DNA from: the human T2T-CHM13v2.0 reference genome, Homo sapiens
Strand: one strand, 5' to 3'
Length of the DNA: 64,000 nucleotides
Assembly (NCBI RefSeq): GCF_009914755.1
Contig: NC_060931.1
The notes under the pieces were generated by a model. The model made no database searches. It saw only the letters and a list, made by a program, of their open reading frames with translations, and was not told the DNA's origin. Made by a program: the position numbers and the translations under genes. Every line of letters begins with the position of its first letter. Position 1 is the stretch's first letter. Positions 43,539 through 57,645 of the stretch are shown one piece after another.

Positions 43539-44570
43539 TTAGTATAAGCCTTTTGTTTAAGGAATTCAAATGTTATAAACATAAAATAAAAGAAACCCTC
43601 TTTTCCTTTGTCCTTTTCCCTTGTCCCCATTACCAGGTGGTCACTATTACTAACAGTTTGATGTGCATCTTTCCAGATATTTCCTACACATATACAATTA
43701 TACATACATATCTCATTTAAAAATACATAAATTTGATGTGTTACAGTCCTGGCAGGAAATAGGTGGCACACTCAAATAGGGACATTGAGGAGAGTTAAAG
43801 GGATACATAAAGATGTGGGCGAATTAAGGTTGAGATGGTGAAGCTCTTAGGGGTTCTCAATAGTAGAGAGGTCTTTTTATATTTTATTTTTAACTGGGCA
43901 GCCCCTGAACCAGAATAGGTTACGAGAGACTCTCTACTAGAGAGTTCTAACCTCCCTAGGCCTGACCAATGCAGGCCCTTAGGCTGAGGAACATGGCCAC
44001 AGCTCAGCTATAACCCACAGAGAGGGATGGATGAGTACATAGACATCTCTTTCTGTCTCCTAATCTTGTCAAATTGTTCCTTCTCTTGAACTCCCTATCT
44101 GGGCAAATAGCTCCACCATGCACTTGCTAACCAAGACAGAAACTTGGGCTTCATTTGGTATTCCTCTCTCCTTATTTTTCACAATTATTTAGCAATTTCA
44201 GCTTCTGCAGTAGCTCTAATAACCTTCTCCTCGTCTGTCTCCACTGCCTCTGTCCTAGTTCAAGCACTGAGAATCTTTTGGCTGAACCAATAAAATAGTC
44301 TCCTAAAGGGTCTATTTGCTTCTTATATCCTTATTTCCTCAAAAATCGTTCTCTTTCTGTGAATTGCCAACACTTATTTACCTTTGGCTCCTTTATGGTA
44401 TATGTCAGTTTCTTCTGGTAGGTAGATAACCTCTTTTCTCGGGGACTATGTCTCATTCATCTTTGCAGTTTCCAAAGCACCTTCCACAGTGACTTACACA
44501 TTGCATGTATTAAATGTTTTTGAATACATAACTTAGCTCCACTAGGAGAGGTACAACCTCAACAGAACTA

Positions 44571-44903
<333 letters not shown>

Positions 44904-45863
44904 CTAAGAGGTTAACATTAAAATAATAGTATTAATAGGTCAAACAAGCATTTATTCGACTGAATGTATAAAAAAAAGAAATGTTTAACATACCTTTTTT
45001 GTTTTGTTTTGAGACAAGGTCTCACTCTGTTGCCCAGGCTGGAATACAGTGGAGTAATGCAATCTCTGTCTCCCAGGTTCAAGTGATTCTTCTGCTTTAG
45101 CCTCCTGAGTGGCTGGGACTGCAGGCATTTGCCACCACACCCGGCTCATTTTTGTATTTTTAGTAGAGATGGGGTTTCACCATGTTGGCCAGGCTGGTCT
45201 CGAACTCCTGACCTCAAGTGATCGCCCGCCTGGGCCTCTCAAAATGTAGGGATTACAGGTGTGAGCCACCATGCCCAGCTGACATATGTTTATTTGTTCT
45301 CTGTTTTATTTCATGGATGCAGGTTTGTTATTAATACTGATATTTTACTTTGGTAAGAGTGAAGAAAGCAAAAGGGTGAGGATAGGTTAATGTTTTGATT
45401 TCCTTTGTTGTTACCATATTGAATATATACAATAATATGTACATTATAATATACAATATTATATACAATAATATATAATGTTTTTCCTTTTTTTTTTAAT
45501 AGAGATGGGGGTCTCACTGTGTTGCCCAGGTTGGTCTTGAACTCGTGGGCTCAAGTGATCCTCCCACCTAGGACTCCCAAAGTGCTGGGATTATAGGCAT
45601 GAGCCACCATGTCTGGCCATTATTTTTCAAGAAGAGATTTGAGGCAGAATTGTCTAATGGTAAGAAATATTACAGTTTTGAAGTCATATAGATTTAGATT
45701 GTTAAAAAATAAATATTTAGGCCGGGCACGGTGGCTCATGCCTGTAATCCCAGCACTTTGAGCGGCCGAGGCAGGTGGATCACAAGGTCGAGAGATTGAG
45801 ACCATCCTGGCCAACATGGTGAAACCCCGTCTCTACTAAAAGTACAAAAATTAGCTGGACTTA

Positions 45864-46013
<150 letters not shown>

Positions 46014-46280
46014 TTATATTATGATTCTACTTGTATAATTTACCAGATTTGTGATCTTGGGCAGGTTAGTTGACCTGTGCTTTTTCCTCCTTATATTAAA
46101 TGGGAAGGCCAACAAGGTTGTTGTAATAATTGAGAATAATGTTTATATAAAACACTTAGGGCTGGGCATGGTGGCTCACGCCTGTAATCCCAGCACTTTG
46201 GGAGGCTGAGGCAGGTAGATCACTTGAGGTCAGGAGATTGAGACCATCCTGGCCAACATAGTGAAACCCCGTTTGTACTA

Positions 46281-46536
<256 letters not shown>

Positions 46537-47285
46537 TTATTCTCATTCCTTTTATCATGAACCCTTTTCTAAGCCCTACTGCCATCAGTCTTCAGAAGTG
46601 TATGCGTATTATGTTATTATGGTTTAAATAATTTACTCAGGCCATTTCTGTTCACATATAACCAACCTGTACCTCCTATTCATAGTCGCACCATCAATAA
46701 TCAGCTGAAGTCGGTGTTAGAAAGAATTGATTCTAGAACACAAACTATATTGGCAGTAAACTCTAAATTGGAAGGTCCCAGCCTGAGAATCCTGAGGTTT
46801 TGGTTACTAGTCTAGTGATAAGTGATAAAGCACTAGTGATAAGTGATTTACTTCATTTTGCTGTCTCTTGCTTACCTCCTTTAATGTCAACTGCTCCCCC
46901 CCCCCCACCGGATTTTCCTTTAATAGTACTTAAATATGCTTAAGACTTTTCCTTCTAAAAACTACTCTGCCTCTATCTCAAATGCTTTTACAGCTACTAC
47001 CCGCTGTTCCTCTTCACAAATGAATTAACGTATTCAAAGACTTGAATGAATTATATTCACTTGCTGTATTTTTGAAACTTCTAAAATAAGTTGTATCAAG
47101 GTAAATTTACATATAATAAATATACTCATTTTAGGTGTACAGGTCAATGAATTTTGACAAATGAATACACCTGTGTCATAAATATCCCAGTAAAGCTATG
47201 TAACATTTCCATCACCCCAAAAGGTTATCTTGTGCCCCTTTGCAGTCAATTCTCCTTCCCCACACCTGGTCTCGGCAACCACTGA

Positions 47286-47581
<296 letters not shown>

Positions 47582-47908
47582 TAGTAGAGACGGGGTTTCA
47601 CCGTGTTAGCCAGGATGGTCTCCATCTCCTGACCTCATGATCCACCCGCCTCGACCTCCCAAAGTGCTAGGATTACAGGTGTGAGCCACTGCACCCAGCC
47701 ACCTTATCTTGTTAGTAATCCATGTTGTTGTTATGTATCCATTTTCTGCATTTTTCACCACTTACTCATCCTCAATGCACTGCAGTCTGGTTTCCGCCCC
47801 TCTACTACCACCAAAACTGCAACCCAGAGGTACAGATGACCTTCAGGACACCAAACCCAGTGGATCTTATTTATTTTTTATCTCGTTTGTTGTCTAGGGA
47901 GCATTTGA

Positions 47909-48083
<175 letters not shown>

Positions 48084-51000
48084 TAGCTGGGATTAACAGG
48101 CGCCCGCCACAACGCCTGGCTAATTTTGTATTTTTAGTAGAGATGGGGTTTCACCATGTTGGCCAGGCTGGTCTCCGACTACTGACCTCGTGATTTGCCT
48201 GCCTTGGCCTCCCAAAGTGCTGAGATTACAGGTGTGAGCCACTGCGCCTGGCCCACATTCTTCTGTTTTTTTCTTACTCTAGTCATTTTTCAGTTTCATG
48301 TTCTGTGTATCCCTTACATGTTGGGTATTCCTCAGGGTCCAGACCAAGGTCCTTATGTCACACCCTACATGGTTTCCCCTGAGTGATCACCTCCACTTTC
48401 ATGACTTCAATTATTCTCAAAATGCTTGATAACTCCAGTTCAGGCTCCTCTGGCATGCTGAAGACCTGTATGTCCAACGGCCTGGAGGATGACACCACTT
48501 AGATAACTCAGTTATCTCAAATTCAATGTGTGCGAAATGGAACCTCCTCATCTTCCCCTACAAATCTCTCCTGGTATTCCCTATCAGTTCAATGACACTT
48601 TCACTCAGTCCCTGAAGCCAGAAATCTAAGTTATTCTTTACTGCTTTCTCTCCTTCATATCTTCAGTTAAACAATCACTAAATCAGATTTTACCTCCTAA
48701 TAAGCCCTTCAATTTTTATTGCTGCTATCCTAGTGTAGACCTCTTACATCTCTTCCCTTAACCACTGCCCTCCCTAATTGGTCCCTTTTACCTCCAATTA
48801 TGCTCTCTTCAAGTCCATTTTCCCCTATGCAACACAGATCTGTTCTTGTCATTCTACTCAGAACCCTTCAAAGAAAGACTTTAACAAGAACCTCCAGGGC
48901 CTGGCCCTTGCCAGACCTCTTCAGCTTCATCTCTATTCTCTGTGTTTGACAGTCCAGCTAGAACTGAATACAGAAATTCAGTTATTGGGAGCCATGGTCT
49001 TGATTTCAACATTTTGCTGTTCCTCATACAGGGAAAGCTCTTCTTCCAATCATACTCCCCTTCAATAGCTCTTTCCTATTCATTCTTCAGGATTTCAGGT
49101 TAAATTTCACTTTCTTTTCTTCAACAAGGATGTATGAATGCCTACTACATGGGTGATACTGCCTTAGCTACCCTTACCTTTTCACTCTTAAACATGTGGG
49201 GAGGTGGCTCCTGTTTGTAATCCCAGCACAGTGGGAGGCCTGGATGGGAGGACTGCTTGAGGCCAGAAGTTTGAGACCAGCCTGAGCAACATAATGAGAC
49301 CCTGTCTCTAAAAAAAATGTAAAAATTAGCCAGGTGTGGTGGCATGCCCCCATAGTCCCAGCTACTCAGGAGGCCGAGGTAGGAAGATCACTTGAGCCCA
49401 GGAATTAGAGGCTGCAGTGAGCTATGATCATAGCCACTGCTCTCCAGCCTGGGCGACAGAGAAAGACCATCTCTAAAAAAGAAGAAAAGCCAGGCATGGT
49501 GGTCCACACCTTTAATCCCAGCACTGTGGGAGGCTGAGGCAGGAGGATGGCTTGGGGCCAGGAGTTTGTGACCAGCCTGGGCAACATAAGGAGACACCTT
49601 CTCTACAAAAATAAAAATAAAAAAATTAGCTGGGCATGGTGGCACCTGCCTGTAATCCTAGCTGCTCAGGACACTGAGGTAGAAGGATCCCTTGAGCCTG
49701 GGAGGTTGAGACTGCAGCAGTGAGCCATGTTTGCGCCACTGCATTCACCCGGGTGACAGAGCAAGACCCCATCTCAAAGATATAAATTATTTTAAAAAGT
49801 TTCTTTCAAGCAATATAGTTTATATGCTTACTGATTTTAATTCCCCTGTCTTGAATAAACCAATTAACTAGTTCTTTTGGTTTAGGTTTGGCTCTTGTCA
49901 TTTCTCCTCTCCACAAACTTCAGATATTAATACATTTTCACTAGAACTGAGGATGTTTCTGGCTATAAAGTATTGAGTTCCTTGTCTGGTTAAGTGTTAG
50001 AGATACAAATATGAACATGTGATAAGAACAAGATGTTCACATACTAGGATTATGTGGTGGGAAAAGAAATCTGTGTTGCTCTGAACTAAAGGCAGGCTAA
50101 TCCAAGGCAGTCTGTAAAGTAAGTTTTAATTTATCCAACTAAAAGATAGTAATTTTCAAAAAATTTGAATTTTAAAATCTACATTAATAGGCACCGGCCG
50201 GGCACGGTGGCTCATGCTTGCAATCCCAGCACTTTGGGAGGCTGAGGCAGGCAGATCACCTGAGGTCAGGAGTTCGAGACCAGCCTGGCCAGCATGGTGA
50301 AACTCTGTCTTTACTAAAAATACAAAAATTAGCTGGGCTTGGTGCCAGGTACCTGTAATCCCACCTACTTGGGAGGCTGAGGCAGAGAATCGCTTAAACC
50401 TGGGAGGCAGAGGTTGCAGTGAGCCAAGATCCCGCCACTGTACTTCAGCCTGGGTGACAGAGCAAGACTGTCCCAAAAATTAATAGGCACCATGTTTATA
50501 AAATTTGATTGTATGTACCGATGCCCCAAGTAAAACCGCAATATTAATTTGTATGATATAGCCTTTATTTACCATATTTAGTTCATAAATTACAATAAAT
50601 TGAAGGGTTGTCTGTTCTGGACAGCTAGCAAAACATGTTACTTGTACCTATTCTGTTTTAATTACCTAGTTTTAAATGTATAGTTTAATCCTACTTTATA
50701 TTATTTTGTTACCCTCTGAGACCTTGTTCCTGGAAGAGGAATGGTTATCATTGCTAAAATGTAGACATAGACATACAGAGATTTTTTTTTTCAGATGCTA
50801 AGATGAATACATGGTTACTACACTTAAAATTTTTGCTTTGGGAGGCCAAGGCGGGTGGATCACGCAGTCGGAGGCCATCCTGGCCAACATGGTGAAACCC
50901 CATCTCTACTAAAAATACAAAAATTAGCCGGGCGTGGTGGCAGGCTCCTGTAGTCCCAGCTACTCAGAAGGCCGAGGCAGGAGAATCACTTGAATCCGGG

Positions 51001-51289
51001 AGGTGGAGGTTGCAGTGAGCCTAGATTGCGCCACTGCACTCCAGCCTGGTGACAGAGCAAGACTCCATCTCAAAAAAACCCAAAAAAAACAAAGAAACAA
51101 AAAAAAATTGAAGGCCAGGCACGGTGGCTCACGCCTGTAATCCCAGCACTTTGAGAGGTCGAGGCAGGCGGATTGCCTGAGCTTGGGAGTTCAAAACCAG
51201 CCTGGGCAACATGGCGAAACCCCGTCTCTACTAAAAATACAAAAAATTAGCTGGGCTTGGTGGCTGGCACTTGTAATCCCAGCTACTCA

Positions 51290-51445
<156 letters not shown>

Positions 51446-51602
51446 TTAATGGCAGTCTAGGTAATTTGGAGTGACCCTTCTGTTGAAGACAATTGGAACA
51501 AAAGTCAAAATTTTTTTAAATTCTTGAAATCATTAAAGAGCTAATAAAACTAGTGGTGAAATGCTGGGTCAGAACATAGGAGAAGACAACCAAGACAAGT
51601 AG

Positions 51603-52005
<403 letters not shown>

Positions 52006-53594
52006 TAGGACTGAGAGAAAAAAAGTTTTGGCTCACAAAGGTAGGGACTCTAATAAATCACACCCACTTTAAGCTAGGACCCTGAAATTCAATCCCAAAA
52101 GTGAATTGGAAGTAAATAAAACAAAAATTCTTGCTGGACTTTTTTTTTTTTTTTGAGACAGGGTCTTGCTCTGTTGTCCAGGTTGGAGTGCAGTAGTAAG
52201 GTCATGGCTGATTGCAGTCTTGACCACATGGGGCTCAAGAGAGCCTCTTGCCTCAGGCTTCTGAGTAGCTGGGATTACTGGCGCACAACATGCTCTGCTA
52301 ATTTTTATTTTTGTACTTTTTGTAGAGACAGGGTTTCTCCATGTTGCCCAGGCTGGTCTCAAACTCCTGGCCTCAAGTGATTCTCCTGCGTAGATCTCCC
52401 AAAGTGTGGGGATTACAGGTGTGAGCCATGGTGCCCACCCAGCCTCCTTGCCAGACTTTCCGCCCAGATTTTTGTTGTTTGTTGGTCAAGAGAAAATGAG
52501 GCCTTGAACCTGTATTATGGTGGTTCCTGACTAGTAATCTCTTCAGTTACCTAAAAAGGAAAATAAAAATCCTCTCTGGAGGAAGACAGGATTATATCCT
52601 ATACTTAGGGCTTATATTATTTCTATACATTTTTTTTTTTTTACAAATACATGTTTAGCACACAAAGAAAACCAGGCACACAAGAAAAGACTTCATATGT
52701 GAGAACCAACATGAGCAACAGACCACAAAAAACCTTAAGATACTATAATTGGCCAACTCAGATTACACAACAATTGTTCACTAAGGTCAAAGAAGCAGCC
52801 AAGCTTGGAAATTTCATCAGGGAACCAGGAACTATAAAATGACATTATAGGTTTGATAAAGAACCTAATACAAATTCTACAACTGAAAATTCAACTGATG
52901 GATTTAACAACAAATTAGATACAGCTCCATAGTGACATTAATGAACTATAAAATTTGTCAGAAAAAGGCATCGGCTTTGAAAGACCAAGGTAAAAAGTGC
53001 AAGACTGAGAGTAAAGAGATAGGATACAGTGAAAACTATCTAATATGCATGTATTTAAATGTCCAGAAGTTGATGAGAGGGGCAATATCTGAGGAGGTAA
53101 GAGCTAAGAATTTCCTAAATTGACAAAAGATGTTAGTTAATGGATTCTCAATGAACGAATGAATGAAAACTCATTGTTCAATGAGTCCATAATGGCATGA
53201 TAAAGTAGCCAGCTATCTTTAAAAGAGTGAAAAACAGAACTGACTTCTTAGGAGCAGTGGAAGGTAAAAGGTTAGGTAGAATGTATGTGCCCAAAGAAAA
53301 TAACCACTGGGCGTGGTGGCTCACACCTGTAATTCCAGCACTTCAGGAGGCTGAGGTGGGCAGATTGCTTGAGCCCAGGAGTTTGAGACCAGCCTGGGCA
53401 ACATAGGGAGACCTTGTCTCTACAAGAAAAATTTTAAAAATTAGCTCAGTGTGGTGGTGCATACCTGCAGTCCCAGCTACTTGAGAGGCTGAGGTGGGAG
53501 GATCACTTGAGCCCGGGAAGCCAAGGCTGCAGTGAGCCAAGGCGAGATCTCGCCACTGCACTCCAGCCTGGGTGACAGAGCAAGACCCTATCTC

Positions 53595-53625
<31 letters not shown>

Positions 53626-53911
53626 AACCTCCAACCTAGGATTTAGCTAATAAAAATATCCATTTAGAATTTAAAGCAAAATAAAGATCTTTTTAGATAA
53701 ACAAAATGGGAGCGTTCCCCCAACTAGCCGACCAACACAAAAACAAACCCTGAAGCAAGGTAGGCAAACTTCATAGTCAGGCTGGGCACAGTGGCTCACC
53801 CTGGTAATCTCAGCACTTTGGGAGGCCGAGGCAGGTGGATCACTTAAGGTCAGGAGTTTGAGACCAGCCTGGCCAACATGGTGAAAACCTGCGTTAAAAA
53901 AAAAAAAAAAG

Positions 53912-54113
53912 TCAGATAGTAAATATTTGAGTGTTGTAGGCCACACAGTATGGGATCCCTCACAAACCACCCAACTCTATTGTGGGGCAAAAGCAACCAC
54001 AACAATATGTAAATGAACGAGCCTGGCAGTATTCGAATTTTTGTGAAACTTTATTCACAAAAATAGGCCGTGGGCTGCATTTGGCCTGTGGACCGTAGCT
54101 TGCTGACTCCTGT
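53912..54113. mobile_element. MER58-type hAT-Charlie fossil
   Basis: gatagtaaatattt...aaaagcaaccac...ctttattcacaaaaataggc...ttgctgactcctg. Confidence 0.75.
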
Positions 54114-54928
54114 GCTAAAGGATAAACTTCAGACAAAAAGGAAATGATCCCAGATGGACAGGCAGAGATTTCCGAAGGAATGAAGAGCAAAATAAGTGGT
54201 AAATAAAGAACATTGATTATATAAAACTTGGTTTTAAAAAATAAGAGAACTAAAAGACCTGGTAACAAGAGCATATAACTTGGGATGAGAGTAAATGGAG
54301 TTAGTGTTCTAGGTTCCTTGTATTACCTCTCTTGGGGGAGGGGAGTATAAAGGTATTGATTAAATTAGACTTTGATACCTTAAGGATACACATTATAACT
54401 TCTAGGGTAATCACTGAAAGAATAAAAATATAATAAAATGAAACTTCCACACTACTAGAGTGGAAGAAATTGGAATGATTAAAAATCAGGCAGGAAAGGA
54501 GAGAAAAACATGAAATAGATGAGACAAATAGGCAAAAATAAGAGTTTTAAACCCAAACACAGGAGTAATTACATGAATATAAATCATCAATGCTTCCAAG
54601 AGTGAACATCACTTAATTCACTCCTCAATTTCACTCCTCAATTTTGATCATTATGTATTGTATAGACTATTTTTAAGCCCCAATTATATGCTGTTTATAA
54701 GACATCTAAAATAAAAAAAAGAACTCAAATCTCTTCAACAAAACATAATTATTGGTTTTAGTGTATTTCTTTAAATACACTGTTTTTCAGGGTCAGATCA
54801 CATTGTGTACATAATAGTGTATCCCTCAAAGACATATTAATTTGCACATTTTTCTATTATTATAAATCAGTTCCCAAAGGATATCCTAGTATTTGGAGTT
54901 TGGAATTCAGAGTTCTCTGAATAACTGA

Positions 54929-55414
<486 letters not shown>

Positions 55415-55663
55415 TAGCTGGGATTACAGGCACGCGCATCCATGCCCGGCTAATTTTTGTATTTTTAGTAGAGATGGAATTTCACCATGTTGGTCAGGCT
55501 GGTCTCGAACTCCTGACCTCAAGGTGATCCGCCCGCCTCTGCCTCCCAAAGTACTGGGATTACAGGCATGAGCCATCCCTCCCAGCCGCAATATACATTT
55601 AAAGGAATTTTGGGACTATTACTACTATTCATGTTTTTTATTGATCTGCTAATAACAGTTCCA

Positions 55664-55929
55664 AGGCGATGAGTATACAGTGTTAATGGAACACAAATCT
55701 CTATTATTTCCTTTCAAAGTATCCAGGAAGTGCCTGTCTTCTTAAACATTTGATTTTATTAACTCATTCTTCTTACAGTTTTAAATTTCTTTTTAGGCGA
55801 TGAATATACAGTGTTAATGGAACACAAATCTCTATTATGTCCTTTCAAAGTATCTAGAAAGTGCCTGTCTTCTTAAACATTTGGTTTTATTAACTCATTC
55901 ATTTTTCTTACAGTTTTAGATTTCTTTTT
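55664..55929 (+). repeat. Tandem duplication of a ~131-135 bp unique segment (2 copies)
   Basis: Units start aggcgatg at 55664 and 55795; near-identical apart from a few substitutions and a small indel. Confidence 0.95.
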
Positions 55930-55971
55930 AAGCAACCTTTCTTCCTGCACACTGACCTATGTCTTACTTAA

Positions 55972-56124
<153 letters not shown>

Positions 56125-57541
56125 TAATTTTTATATTTTTAGTAGAGACAGGGTTTCACCATGTTGGCCAGGCTGATCTTGAACTCCTGACCTCAGGCAA
56201 TCCACCTCCCTTGGCCTCCCAAAGTGCGGGGTTTACAGGCGTGAGCCACCGCGCCCGGCAAGGAATTAATATTTTACTAAAACAGTTTTTAGAAACACCA
56301 GGGAAAGGCTCAGGGCTAAGTATTTTATTCCAGTTTGTTCTAACAGCCACGCCATAGCAGACGTGTGACCACCTCCACCAGCCCTACGAGGGGTAGAACT
56401 GAAGCCAAGGCCCCAGTCACGGGCCGGGCTTCAGAATCCAGGCTTCCCTGCGGCCAGCGCCGCTGGCTCCCTGCTCCCCGAGATCGCCTCCCCAGTAGCT
56501 GAGAATACGCTGAGTTTTTATGGTTTCACATTCAGACTAAGCCGCCCGCGACCTTGTAGGTAAAGATGAATCCGAATGGGTCGGCGCGCCTGTTTCCTAG
56601 GGTACTGCTTTCGGGCGCTTTCTCCTGAAGTTGACACTTCCCAGCCGAGGAGCCTTAAAGCCCCACGCAGCGGAAGGAACGCGGCCCCGGCGGCGGCGAG
56701 ACAGGCCTGCTCCCGGCCGGGAAAGGCGCACGAGAACCAGGACGCGTCCACGCCACTCGGGGCGGGCGTTCGCCCCGAGCACGCCCACCTCAGACGCCAA
56801 GGAGGCTGACCGCAGTCCGGTCGACGATGGGCATGGTCTCTACTTACTTTCCGCCCAGGCTAACCTCTAGCGCATTTTGCTAATTTGGGTCTGAATCGCC
56901 ATCACCGCGGGCAGCGCAGCCTTAGCCGCCAGCCCTACAGCCGGGAGGGAATGTAATGTAAGGTTTGGCGCCTCGGGGCGGATCCGGCTTGCACAGTCAG
57001 TTAAGGAACCAGAGTATCGCGAGATCCGGGGTAAAGGGGCGGGAGGAGCGCGCGTGCACGCGCCCAGAGCCGTTAGGGTGGAACTCCACTCGGGCGGGGC
57101 GGGCGGAGTGATACAGCTGGACGCCAGTTGGTGGAGCCCCCGCGGGAAACGACTGAGCGCGAGGAGCGTGCGCGCTCCCGTCGTGGCGACGGTGGCGGCG
57201 AGCGGCGTCAGAGCTTGAGGGGGGGTTGACGGCTTCTGGCGGGTGGCGGTGTTGAAGGCGAGAGCTTGCTTGGCCCGTGTCGCTTCTGTCCCAAGAACCG
57301 GACGGAGAGTGAGGGCACGAGGGTCGCTGTCGGGGGCTGTCGTCTTCCACGTACACGTCGTCGTGAGGAGCGCAGTCCGGACTCTTCCCGCAACCCCTCC
57401 GGCTCCCTTTCCGCACGCCTCGAGGCGGCGGCGGCCACCGAGACAGCAGCGCACCTTCCCCCATCCCTTCCCCTTATCCCCCAGCCCAAAAGGGCCCGGT
57501 CTGCGCCCCACCCCCGCCCGTCCGCCCGCTACGCCGCCGCC

Positions 57542-57602
57542 ATGTCGGCGCAGGCCCAGATGCGCGCGATGCTGGACCAGTTGATGGGCACCTCCCGGGA
57601 CG
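57542..57602 (+). CDS. LUC7L2: LUC7L2 coding exon 1 (U1 snRNP-associated splicing factor), aa 1-20 plus 1 nt; gene continues beyond the window
   Basis: MSAQAQMRAMLDQLMGTSRD(G) is the LUC7L2 N-terminus; consensus donor ACG/GTAAGT at 57603, phase 1. No exon 2 seen before 64000. Confidence 0.97.
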
Positions 57603-57623
57603 GTAAGTCTCTGCCAGGGCCCT

Positions 57624-57645
57624 GGGGGTGGGGGAGGGGACGGGG
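57624..57645 (+). other. G-run cluster / G-quadruplex motif just 3' of the LUC7L2 exon 1 donor
   Basis: GGGGG-T-GGGGG-A-GGGG-AC-GGGG. Confidence 0.7.

Noticed and set aside
57266-57541. 92-codon in-frame N-terminal extension of LUC7L2 from a TTG
   Set aside because: The frame is open, but the near-cognate start has weak context and GC-rich leaders are often open by chance. It would need ribosome-profiling support.
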